NCBI GenBank assembly: GCA_009602725.1
Contig: WELB01000001.1
Location: 873,453 to 937,452, forward strand
From: Spirogloea muscicola
Taxonomy: Eukaryota
Direction: 5' to 3'
Length of the DNA stretch: 64,000 nucleotides
Shown: one piece after another, positions 51,079 through 62,164 of the stretch
Position numbering within the stretch: the stretch's first letter is position 1
How the letters are laid out: each line of letters starts with the position of its first letter
The notes under the pieces: generated by a model
Seen by the model: only the letters and a program-made list of their open reading frames with translations
The model's database searches: none
Told to the model about the DNA's origin: nothing
Position numbers and translations under genes: made by a program

Positions 51079-54000
51079 ATGGGCGTGCACAGTCTCTGGC
51101 AGGTCCTGGAGCCCGTGCGACGGCGGCTGCCGCTCAGTGCCATTGCGTGAGGGCCCTCACATCCTCCCCAAGAGCTCGGCCAGTTCCGGCCCTGCATGGC
51201 AGAGCCTGACAATCATGAAGATCTGGTGCAACCGCGCATCATGCAGGCCTGCATGCACGCAGGGCCGTGATGCCCGACACGCCTGCAACGGCAATGGTGA
51301 CGGTGCAGGAACCAGGCGCTGTGCATCGACCTCTCCTACTGGCTTCTGCAGCTCGGCAGCGCTGTCGGCAACGCTGGCAGCCATGGCAAGCCGCACCTGC
51401 GGGGGCTCTTCCACCGCCTGCGTGCGCTCATCGGCCTCAACTGCCGTGTCATCCTCGTCGCAGGCACGTGCACCTAAACTGAGATATACACCTGCAAAAT
51501 TCATCCAAGAATAGGTATTAGCTAAAGTTTCTGGATATTGAAGGCTTAAATCTTTCTGACTTATCAGTTCGACGGCGTGGCCGCAGCAGCTCCATCAGTG
51601 TTGCTGGTATTTGACCAAGTTGCACTGATAGCACTTGTTGAGCGGCGCTTGGAAGCAGACGGCGACGTGCCAGCCATCAAGCAGCCCGAGTACCAGCTGC
51701 GGCAGAAGCTCGGCGCTGCAAACGCATCCCGCGGCCGCGGTGGCAGGGCCCCTGGAAGGCCGCTCCACACCCAGGCGGCCAGCGGTAGCCGCACCCAGCA
51801 CAAGCGGCGGGCGGGCTCCGACTTCGGCCGCATGGTGGAGGAGGCCAAGGCCCTAGCTGCAGCTCTTGGCATTCCTACAATCACCAGGTCGCCCAGATAG
51901 GCCATGACATTGCCGCGCCCGCTGGCCCGCCGTCATGCATGCATCATTATCGTGCATGCATCTTCTTTGCAGAATGATGTGCAGCAGGTTGCGCCGCAGT
52001 CATGAGCAGCTGGGCAGGCTCGCTGCATCTTCCATATGATACCAGTCGCAAAATTCCAGAATGGCAACCTGACTCGCCTCAACTCCTGCGCAGCCCGGAG
52101 GAAGGAGAGGCGCAATGCGCAGCGCTCATCCTGTCTGGCATCTGCGTGAGCCATTCATTCACTTATCCTCCTCCAATGAGCAACCTGCCAAGTCCGTTGT
52201 CACCACTGCTCAGCATTGGAAAGCATTGGAAGGCTGCGTCAGGTTGCTGCAAGTCGGATGCGTGTTGCAGGATGCGTGTTGCACAGGCGACTCGGACGCG
52301 TTCCTCTTTGGTGCAACCGTTGTGTACCGCAACATCAGCCTGTCAGGTTACTGTTCCTTCAGACTCACAATATGCAAAGCTTTACGGCTAAGAAGCTGCC
52401 TTGCCCTGTTGTTGAAGCCTGCATTGATCATCTCATCCCGCTCTTGTAAGTCAAGTCCACCTTGCTGCTAGACAGCAACTTGCCATTGCCGCATTGCTCG
52501 GCCAAGGTTTAGCACGTAACAGTCTTTGGTGCACAGTCCCCATGTCTCTGACGGTCAGCCATGCGGGGGCCCTCGCGGTCGGTGGCAGACAACTGCGTGG
52601 ACGCCTATGCCATGGCTGATGTCCGGAAGCATCTCGGGCTGGGCCGCGAAGCGCTGGTGAGCTTGCGGAAGCCCTGGCTAGCTCCTGCTGGTGCTCAAGC
52701 CTTTCTCCTTCAGCAAGAGCTGACAGACTTCGGTGCTGCCACCAGACATTTGTTAGGCCTCGATCGACAGTAGCCCCTTGTTGGCGCTCTCACAGTCAGA
52801 CTCCCTGATCTTGGAACCTCAGTGCTCACCCATTTCAGATTGCGCTCGGGCTCCTCCTGGGCTGCGACTACCACAAAGGCGTCCAGGGCGTCGGGCCGGT
52901 AAGGGCAGCCCTGCCTTGTGGAGACTGCAAGGGCCTATGCCAAGCCTCTGTGATTGCCTTAAGCTTGCCTTCCATATCCCATTCCACTCTGCCTTGTGTT
53001 GCAGGAGCCGCACTTCACCCTATCTAGTTCTGTGTACTGTGGAGGTTGTGTTGTGGCCAAGGAGTCAAGATAGCGTCAAGCCACTGATATGCTGTGTAAT
53101 TGACACAGGAGAAAGCGATGAAGATCGTGCAGCACATTGGCTGCAAGGCAGTGTTGCCATGCATACGGGCGCATGGTGTAGCGGCCATTGCGGCAATGGC
53201 GAAGGACAAGACGAAGCCGCCAATCCTTGATACATCGCTCGGCCCTCTCAACGTCCATGGCCATTCGAGCGATACCGTGGGTGAGCGAGGCCTCTGGCTG
53301 TCCTTACAACTTGCTCCAAGCTACCTCCATTAGTGCATTCAGGGACTTTTGCTTGTTTTTGCAATGCCGAGAACCGAGTAGTCACAATTGGTTGTGATAC
53401 GGTAACTTGACATGCCCAGGGCCTGTGGCAGCGCAGCAAACGAGGCAATTTTGAGTGCGCTGGCCATTGATGCCTTCTTGGAGCCAAATTGCCTTGCTGC
53501 TGGCTCGAGCTTACTTAGGTGAGCCACCGTTTCTACGAACATATACATCGAGGGCCGGCCTTGAGATCTTCTGAGGAGCAGTCATTCTGGATAAGGTCTT
53601 GGTCCAAAATCATGAGGCTTTGCAATGATGGGCCAGGTCAACATAAAGTTTCTCAAGCAAGCTCAATGCCGTGCAATGTGTTTGACCTATATGCCATGAG
53701 CGTACAGGTCGAAGAAGTAGCAACGTGGAGCTAGCAAGACGACTTGCAGATTGCGCAATGACTACTAGCAATGCCCAAGAAGGAATGATGGGAGTTTGGA
53801 CTCTAAAGCCTTGTGCACACAGGAGGTATGCTGAGGAGCCAGGCTCGTCGCCCGACCTGGCGGCCATCACGCGCTTCTGTGAGATGCACATGGAGTGGCC
53901 GCCAGAAGTCACGGGTTTGCTTCCATGACTTCACCAAGCTCAGGTTGTCTGCCTGACAGTGCAATCGAGGGGCTCATAGTACGTGAACACGCAGTAACAA

Positions 54001-55309
54001 GATGGCACTTTCTGGCTTTGTGTCTCATTCAGGAAATTACCTGTTGACAAAGATTGCAGAGAGGGACTTGTGTCGAGCTGCTATTGCACCAGAGAAGGTA
54101 TTGTCAGAGTTGCAGAGTCCCATTGCTTACTTTACACCTGTATGCGATGCTCTGTAGCAGGGAATGAATCCCTGGCACCCTTCTGTACAGAAGTTGCAGT
54201 GTGCATTGGCCTTGGTGGAGCTTTGCTGATGCAATGCAGCACACCACATTGTCAAAGTTGACATATTATAATATTGGCTGTGTTGTGCGTAGGGCTTACG
54301 CCAACCGGCGCTGCAGTACACAATCCTAGCTGTCATCAAGGCGAGGGTAGTGCGATTAGAGCCGCACTTTGAGGTGGCCTGGGCAGGCAGCCCACAGCTG
54401 GCAAACAGGGTCATCCGCTCTGAGGCTGCCATGAGGTTGGCCAAGTTGCTGAGTGTCACTCAAAGACTGCCAGAGAGCCTTGACTGGCAGCCAGCCACGG
54501 ACTGCTACCATGCTATTATGACCATGTTAGCCCTACACCACCACGAAGCCTAGACCCCAGACCCCACTTCGGCTTGTACTGCAATGTGGATTTCTAGCAC
54601 ACAATAATGCGGGTGAGGAAGCTGGGCCTCTGGCCTCCAGGGCGGCGCCGCACAAAGTGGAGGAGTTCCATGCGCTGCGCAAACAGAAGGCCAATGTAAG
54701 TAAGTCGAGCCTTCGAAGGAAGAAGGCCCCTGTACCTGCTGCAAGTCAGGAGCTTGAGGACCTTTTCTCCTCGTTGGCGCTGGAGGACGGCCAGAGCAGC
54801 CTCTCCCACAGCTGGTGATAGCAGCTGTCGACCCGTCAAAGTCATTGGTCCACTCAGCATGTCTCAATACCTGCAGCGTGACCGCATCTGCAAAGCATCT
54901 TGCTTATACTTCCTGCCTTTGTTTTTACATTCTCACTATGCCACTTGCCCTCTCACCCTCTTGTCAGTCCTGCCAAATTCCGCCTGGCTGGTGGTCGGAA
55001 TCTGATGCCATCACGTTCCACCAATCTTGCAGTTGCGGAAGAAAGTTGCTGCATGGAGGTTCTGCCGAGGAGAGATCAGGTAAACATGAGGCATGTGTAG
55101 CTGCAAAAGGAGGCTCCAATCAAGGGACCCAGAAAAGTCCGATGTTCACAGCAGCAAGAGGGATGCAGCTTCTCTCAGAAACAGTCAGGCCTGTTGCTCA
55201 GCTCCTGACTAGAACCCCTGAACCGATTGACTTGACAACCCCACCCAGCAGACCTAGTCACCTTGGCAGAGACAGTTGTGCAAGCAGGGACGTCGTTGTG
55301 CTTTCATGA
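51079..55309 (+). CDS. SEND1: XPG/Rad2-family structure-specific endonuclease, SEND1/GEN-like
   Basis: Exons read MGVHSLWQVLEP; LCIDLSYWL..LRGLFHRLRALIGLNC..DGDVPAIK; GSDFGRMVEEAK; EEGEAQCA; DSDAFLFGATVVYR; and LLLGCDYHKGVQGVG. The 3' end is approximate. Confidence 0.9.
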
Positions 55310-55652
55310 GAGGGCTGTTGTGTATGTTCCTGCATATAGTTGACTGCCCGCTTCTCGGCATTGTGTGCTACTGTGGCATAGAGACATTGTGTCACGGAGC
55401 CAAAAGCCGGACACTGAATGAGAACCTACGCCAGCCACGTGGCTTTGTTGCGCAGTATGCTTGTTTCACATATTTTTGCAAGGATCTAAAATGCAATGAA
55501 TGGGGGCAATCATACAAAGGAGGCAGTCATCTGCAACTGGATAGACAGGTGCACCAGACAAAAAACACAAGGTGCACTTCAACTTGCTAACTTGGACTTC
55601 AAACCGAATCTGGTAGCTGCTGAGGTCCAGTGCCGTCTGGGTGGTCCCAGTG

Positions 55653-57166
55653 TCACTGTGCAAGTGATTGCACAGTCTTCAGCTCATCAAGCATCCGCAG
55701 AGCCTTCTCTTCATCTAAAGGACTAGGTCTGTCCTCCTTCTGCATGAACGAGATACAGAGCCTATATCAACCAGTCTACTCAAGAAGTAGATGTCAGCTA
55801 CTAGAGTACGATCATCTCTATTTGACAAACAAGCTTCTGAAATCACAGGCGAGGAGCTAATGATTCCTGCCCTCTGTGAGCAGAGCTTACCAGCAAAGAT
55901 GGCACCAGGTTCCTGGCCTCTTCCACCGTGTCAGGAAGATGGTTTCCAATCACACATGCCTGGTGCCACCAGCAACCCAACATTGACGCTGTCAGGCAAG
56001 ATCAGCACAGAGTGCCATGTGACTATGAAGAGTCAACGTACTGCCTGTCAGAGCATGTAGATCTTGAGGGACTAGCTGCAGCTCTTTGCCAAATCTGACA
56101 AACAGACAGGCCGAACTACTGAGCAAGCTTCAGCATTATGATAGCTACTCGAAGCATATCATCACCAAGGCCGTTGACATGCACTTGCCTCAAAGTCAGC
56201 AAGCTCGTTTCGGCGTAGAACTCTGACAAGCAGTCGGAAGTGTCCGGGTTAGAGCCTGCTCTCTTCTTAGCAGCCCACTTAGAGTGGAACAAAAGAACCA
56301 GCAGGCAGTGAGCATAAGACCCGGGTTATATGTCCATTTGCATATTTTAAGAAACACTAAGACTCCCTAAACCTTTAGTGAATTAGGATGGTCTTATAGT
56401 GTTTTCCAGAAGGTGCACAGAGCAGTCTAAGTTTGATGCGCTGGGTGCTACAAGAGCATGCTGGCAACATCACTCACTCGCGTACTCGGCCGGCCACTTC
56501 TGGTGTGATGTGATGCCGGAAGCGGATGACGTAATCGAGGAACTTCTGGAAGACACTGCAGCGGCCATGGCGAGGTTGTGAGCAATGTCAGCGGCATCCT
56601 GCAGTACAACGATGATAGAGAAGCATGCGCAATGGACAGACGAGGCTGCCTGCCAGAGGGAGACGAAGGTGACGCGTCATCAATGCGCGCTCACAGAGGA
56701 TAGTAGCACTGACCGGGAGGGCGGAGTCGGGGCAGAGGAGCTCACGGCGAGGGCGCGAGGCCGAGCGTCTCGTACTCCTCGCGCTTGGCCTCCAGGATGC
56801 CGGCCACCTCGGCGTTCATCAGGCAGGCCGCCCGGCTGAAGTCTGCCAGGCACAACAACGGTAAGGCCGGCGCTCTGCCGGGGCCGTGCCAACCAGCAGA
56901 AGATGCGCCCTTTGGCCTTGAATACTTGTCGTCAACTCTCACCAGTGAACTGCCAACCCCAATCGATGTAAATCTGAGGGCCTTGATGACTGGCATATGG
57001 CACATGCTGCAGCAGGTCGGGCACTGGCGTTTGCCAACGAGGTGCACACGGAATGCTGCAGCAGCAAGCGGCGCCGGCGGGGCGGAGGCAAGGTGGGGGG
57101 CTCACCGTCGCCCAGCTTCAGCTGGCTGGCGTCCTCCTCCTCCGCCACGGGCTTCAGGCCCGACAT
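55653..57166 (-). CDS. RPB4: RNA polymerase subunit RPB4 family protein (divergent), 6 exons
   Basis: Spliced product: MSGLKPVAEEEDASQLKLGDDFSRAACLMNAEVAGILE..VFQKFLDYVIRF..RVREVLRRNELADFEACVIGNHLPDTVEEARNLVPSL..EEKALRMLDELKTVQSLAQ*. Confidence 0.9.
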
Positions 57167-57274
57167 GGCGACCGCGAGGCGTGCGCGGCCGCCTCGCGGT
57201 CGCTCCTCCGCCGCTCCAGACGTCCCCAGAAAGCGCCCGCACCGCGGCGCGAGCTGGCCTCGAGTCGTCCTCGA

Positions 57275-57309
<35 letters not shown>

Positions 57310-57337
57310 GTTGCGGGGGGAGTGGCAGAGGTGGAGG

Positions 57338-57365
57338 CCCTAACCCTAAGCCCTAAACTCTAGGG
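57338..57365. promoter_or_regulatory. Degenerate telomeric/telo-box tract in a ~255-bp bidirectional promoter
   Basis: ccctaa-ccctaag-ccctaaa-ctctaggg lies between the divergent starts at 57166 (-) and 57422 (+). Confidence 0.45.
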
Positions 57366-57421
57366 CTCCGTCTGTGGACACTCTCCTATCCTTCGTATCC
57401 TTCCTGGGCTCCGCCGCCGAC

Positions 57422-58003
57422 ATGGCCGTCGCAACCGCCGCCGCGGTGACCGCCCCGGTCTCCTTCGGCGCTACGTCCGCAGCCAGCAGGTGGCGCGCCG
57501 CCTCGGCTGCCGCGCCGGGCTCTGCAGCGTCGGCTGCCAATGGCGGCCGCCGAATGACGGCTTCGCAGCGGCCTGCAAGAGTCTTTGCCGCCGCCGCGGC
57601 GAGGGCCATGGCTGCCGGCGAGGGCGGCCGGGACGCGGGGGCTCCCAGCAGCTCCGCGGAGCCGACGCCGCCGCGGCCGGCGCCCCCCACCCCTCCCAGC
57701 TTGCCCGCTGCGCCGGCCTCGTCGTCCGTGCGCCCTGCGCCGTCCTTCTCCGGCCGCAAGGTGCTGGACGCCTTCAAGGAGAGCGAGCGCGGCGGCCGCC
57801 GCACCAAGTTCAACGAGCCGCTGGTGCCAGCGGACCTGCTCGATGACCGGCGGCGCTCGTCGGAAGACGCCAGCCCCTGGAAGTTCAGCATCAACGCAGG
57901 ACAGGCCGTGCTTGCCCTCACATTCGTGGCCAGCGTGGTGCTCATGCTCGGCACGGTGTACGTCGTGTGGCGTGTCGGTGGCATTCATTACAATGAGTAC
58001 TAA
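57422..58003 (+). CDS. Uncharacterised putative plastid membrane protein (single exon)
   Basis: Ala/Ser/Arg-rich transit-peptide-like N-terminus, a Pro-rich linker, and a C-terminal TM helix AVLALTFVASVVLMLGTVYVVW followed by RVGGIHYNEY*. Confidence 0.7.
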   Translation: MAVATAAAVTAPVSFGATSAASRWRAASAAAPGSAASAANGGRRMTASQRPARVFAAAAARAMAAGEGGRDAGAPSSSAEPTPPRPAPPTPPSLPAAPASSSVRPAPSFSGRKVLDAFKESERGGRRTKFNEPLVPADLLDDRRRSSEDASPWKFSINAGQAVLALTFVASVVLMLGTVYVVWRVGGIHYNEY

Positions 58004-59339
58004 ACGCGGGCTGACATTGTATGCTGCTGCACTCTCGTCTGGCAGTCAGGCTGCACTTTTGATTCTTTTGATTCTTGACAGCTACAATGGATTGCCAGAA
58101 CTGGCAACTTTTGCCCTGTCTTTGGCGTGAAGCTGCTCCCAGAAGCTGCAGCTCAGCTTGTGGCGCGTGCTCATCATTGCGTGACTGCATCGACTAGCTT
58201 TGACGGCAGCGTAGTATCTGCGCGTGGGGTGGGGAAGCCTGCACGATGAGAGAGTATGCGCGCGGTCCTGGCCTTGGCACAAAATGACCGACTGTGTCAA
58301 GCCCCTTTGACCATGCTGGGTCGCCTTAATTTTGCTTTGGCCTCCAGCACCATGTTGTACACAAGCAATCAATGCGCCTATAGCTTCTCCAAGAGTCCTA
58401 TTTGTCATAGCAATGGGATCTCAGAGTCACTGTCTTGTTGAAACTAAATACTGATTGTGCCAATATATCTTGGGCCTGAGCCTGCCTAGAATGTACTTGT
58501 AAGCTCGCCCAGTCCTCCTTATGAAGATGAAGCCTGGCGGCTGTTTTGGCAAGGTATATCATGACATCAGTCTACAGCACCTCATGCTTGATACACTTTA
58601 GCTGCCTTTTTGGTAACAGCTCTTGCTAGCCTCCGGGGTGCCAGTCCCATCAGGGAGGAGCGGATCCTGAAGTTGAAGAGCTAGTGAGGGCTGGCAAAGT
58701 GCGTAGAAGAAGAATATTTTGGCACGGAGCAGCAGTCGCTTGAACATTGACAACATTGGCTACTCTACAGTACGGGTGAAGGTGCCAGGGGTGTGTGATC
58801 TTCACTGCAAAGTGAGTTGCAGGGTTTTCTAAGAGACTCAATAGCCCCTGATTATGGAGGAAATTGTAGCCAATGACGAAAGCAGCAGCAAAGATCCTGA
58901 TTCACCAAGGCCAGCTATACGGCTTTGGCCTCAAATTGGTGGGAATGCACAGGCATAAGCAGTAAACGGCTAAAGCAGTAAACGGCTACCAGCAACCTCA
59001 CAGTAAGCCAATGGAGAGCTTCTAGTTGCTCACTGTGTTGATCTTGGTGACGGTGTGTAGTAAGGAACAGTGCTCTTGCCAAGAGTTCAGACAGTTTGTG
59101 AAGGGGCTCACAACATTTGTTAGCACATTCTTATTTATCTTCAGTAGTGCAATCCTTAGTTGGACTACGCTAGTCTTGCAAGAAGAATCAAAGAAGATGT
59201 ATAACCAAAAATGATGTTGTTCAATTGAGGGATTGCCATAGATGGATTGCCATAGATGGGACGAGGAAACCCAGTACATCTCACTCGAAAGAGAGCAGCC
59301 GCAAGCCGCATGGTGTACGGGAGTAAGATTGGTATATAG

Positions 59340-61480
59340 CTATGGCCAATATGCCCATCCAGCAGAGGGCTGACGGACTGCATATGCGGAGAGTCGACCT
59401 AATGGCCACCACCCCGGACGGGTGCCAGCGCATCGCTGCCGACGTGGTCATCACAAACGTGATTGACCGCTCCGATCCGGGGCTCTCAGCTTCAAAAAGG
59501 CTGGGCATGCAGCAGCAGATGCCGCTCGTGGCAAAAGAGGGAATGCAGTGTGTGCTGTGAGATGGAGGGCCTGTGTGACCAAGTACAAAGGCAAGCACAT
59601 AGACAAATGTGCATCACCTGCTGCCTAGCTGACCCGCTCAGTAACCACGAGTCAGCACATAGAGGTTGTTAACTGATGCCCGAATACCGGACGGCAATTA
59701 ACAAGCTCTTGTGCTACCAGCTAAGGCTCGACCAGCTTTCTGATGCAACGCATGAGCCTGAGCTCGCTGCAGACAAGCTGACACTCGACGTCGCAAGAAT
59801 GACAAGTAGGCTGCCGGCATGCCCATGTGAGCTGGAAGCATATCCTCACGTCGAGCATATCCCAGACTTGCAATATTCTGAAGTAGGGTAAGGAAGCGAG
59901 GACCCGTGCCGCCGAAAGTGTCAATTGCGGCAAAAGAGGCCAAATATGCGGACCATCCGGAAGGGGACAAATTCGCTCCACTGGCCATTGATAAGCACGG
60001 GGCTTTCGGGTTTAAATGGCTGGACCCTTTGACCCGGCTTGCGCGCCACGCTGTATCCCACTGGCGGGCCGAGCAGGCTGACTTCGACGCCGCTGGCTCG
60101 CTAGCGCAAGTTTTCAGATGCGCCTGTCTACCCACCAGTGGTCCTTGGCCCACGCCTTGCATCAGCGAGCTGGCCGTGCTCTTGAAGAAGGGCTCGCCCA
60201 TAGAGGATAGGGGCTGGAAAAGGCCAGCAAAAAAAAATGAACAAAGTGCAGGAAGGGGCCAGGGGAAGCACTAAGAAGGACAAGCACAGAAAGTAACTAA
60301 GCAGCTACGGAACTCTCAGTAACCCCTGCTAAGCAGCCTCAAGTCACAGAAACTTGGCTCCTGGAAGCGGGTTCCCCGGCCAGGGCCAGAGGCAGCAGCG
60401 AGGGCTCGTCCGGCACGCAGGTGCAGCGCGGGGGCCATGGACCTCTGCAGCGAGACGGCCAAGCGCATGCGGTACACCTGCGCTAGCGACCCGGCTGCAT
60501 GAAAGTCCACAGGCTCCCAATGGAAGCGGTGGGCGATGGCGTCTCGTGAGAGCTGGTTGTGAGAGCTCTAGCTCTGACCTGAGGCTGCTTAGCAGGGGTT
60601 ACTGAGTGCTTCGAAGCTGCTTAGTATTTTTTTGAGCTTGTTTTTGTTAGTGCTTCCCCTGGCCCCTTCTCGTCCTTTGTTCATTCTTTTTTTGGGCTGG
60701 CTTGTTCCAGCCCCTATCCTCAATGGGCGAGCCCTTCTCTAGCTGCCGCCTCTGGCAGCTAGGATCTTTAGATCTTGTCCATTTTCTTTGGGCTGCCTTT
60801 CCCAGCGCATACCCTCTGGTGGCGAGCAATTTCTTAGAGCAAAGAAAGTGCTCGTCCATTGAGGATAGGGGCTGAAAAAACCAGCCCAACAAAAAGAATG
60901 AACAAAGTACGAGAAGCGCTAAGAAAAACAAGCACAAAAAGAAATCAAAGCAGCTACGGATTACTCAGTATCCCCTGCTAAGCAGCCGCAGATCAGAGAT
61001 GCTAGGCTCCTGGAAGTGGGTCCCCTGGCCAGAGCCAGAGGCAGCAGCGAGGGCTCTGCAAAGGGTTTTCATGTATTAGAAACAAACGAAGGCCAAATGG
61101 CCAAGTACAAAGGCAAGCACATCTAAGACCTACATAACCTACAGCAGAATGACCCGCTCAGTAACCGCGGGTCAAAACATAAAGGTCGCTAATCGATGCC
61201 TGAATACTAGATGTCAGATAAGAAGCCCTTCTGCCACCAACTAGAGCACGCCCAGCTTTCTGGTGCAAGGCATTAGCCTGGGCACGCTGCAAACAGGCCG
61301 AAACTCGTCGTCGCAAGAAAGACCGATATGCAGCTGGCAAGCACATCTCAGCCGGGAACACATCTGCACGTCGTGTGTAGCCTAGATTGGCAATGTTGTG
61401 GAGGAGGGTGTGTGCAAAGGGGGCTGTGAAGCTTCCGAAAAGCGCAGATGAAAAGTTTCTTCCAGTCGAAGGCGATTGCT
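59340..61480. mobile_element. Largest island of nested RLE non-LTR retrotransposon fragments (families A, B, C)
   Basis: RRVDLMAT..IAADVVIT (+, 59385-59470); family C (-) 59545-59930; family A (+) 59930-60122, (-) 60185-60565, (+) 60574-60736 and (-) 60845-61056; family B (-) 61066-61412. Several copies have TSDs. Confidence 0.85.
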
Positions 61481-62164
61481 GTCATTGGCCATAGCGAGCC
61501 GCAAGTACTGTTCCACTGGCCGGGGCAGCGGACAGGTCGCTGAGGGCTCAGGTGCCGTCGCTAACGCGGGCGTGCGCGGCCTTGCCGCGGCGCGTGGCGC
61601 TTGCTTGCGTGAGGAGCAAGTCGACGACCCCCCACAAACTGGCAGTGGGTAAGGTACCTCATCAGGATGTGCTTGCCTGCGTGTGTGTACTTGGCCACTT
61701 TGGCCACTATTCTTAACACATTTCTCTTAACACCGATTGGATGCCTCAAGTCACCCTCCACCGGCAGTCCCCGGCTTGAAGGCTTCCGCTGACGCCGCCC
61801 CCGCCGCCGCCGCCGCCGCCGCCGCCGTCGCCGCCGCCGCGGCGNGAGGCAGGCCCTGACGCGCCGCCGGCCGCCCCGAGCGCCTGCGCCTGGCCCCCTC
61901 CCCGGCCTCCTCCCACGTCCGCCCCAGCCTGCGCTGCACTTTCGGCGCTCTTTACAACGCTCCGGGCTGCGATTCCGGCTTTGCACCGCCAGCCGGGCCG
62001 TCGTGTGCAGCTCGACCTCCGTCAAGGCATCGTCGCTTGATTCTGGCGACGTTGCAGCGAGCACTACCGCCAGCCCGTCCTCCTAGGCCTCGTTCGGCCC
62101 TCTTGACTTCCACTCTACGTTGTTCAATTCGACACGCTACGACGCTTCGCCTGGTGTTAGCACG

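Noticed and set aside
50084..51150. 295-353 aa ORFs (likewise those at 25574-26606)
   Set aside because: They stay open only because they run through N gaps and CT microsatellite.
58957..59260. Short tandem duplications (aagcagtaaacggcta x2; ggattgccatagat x2)
   Set aside because: These are ordinary slippage or repair duplications with no further structure.
59340..61480. CRISPR-like array or LTR element suggested by recurring short repeats
   Set aside because: The repeats are irregularly spaced, in both orientations, carry individual TSDs and RLE coding remnants. There are no constant-length spacers, cas genes, paired LTRs or PBS.
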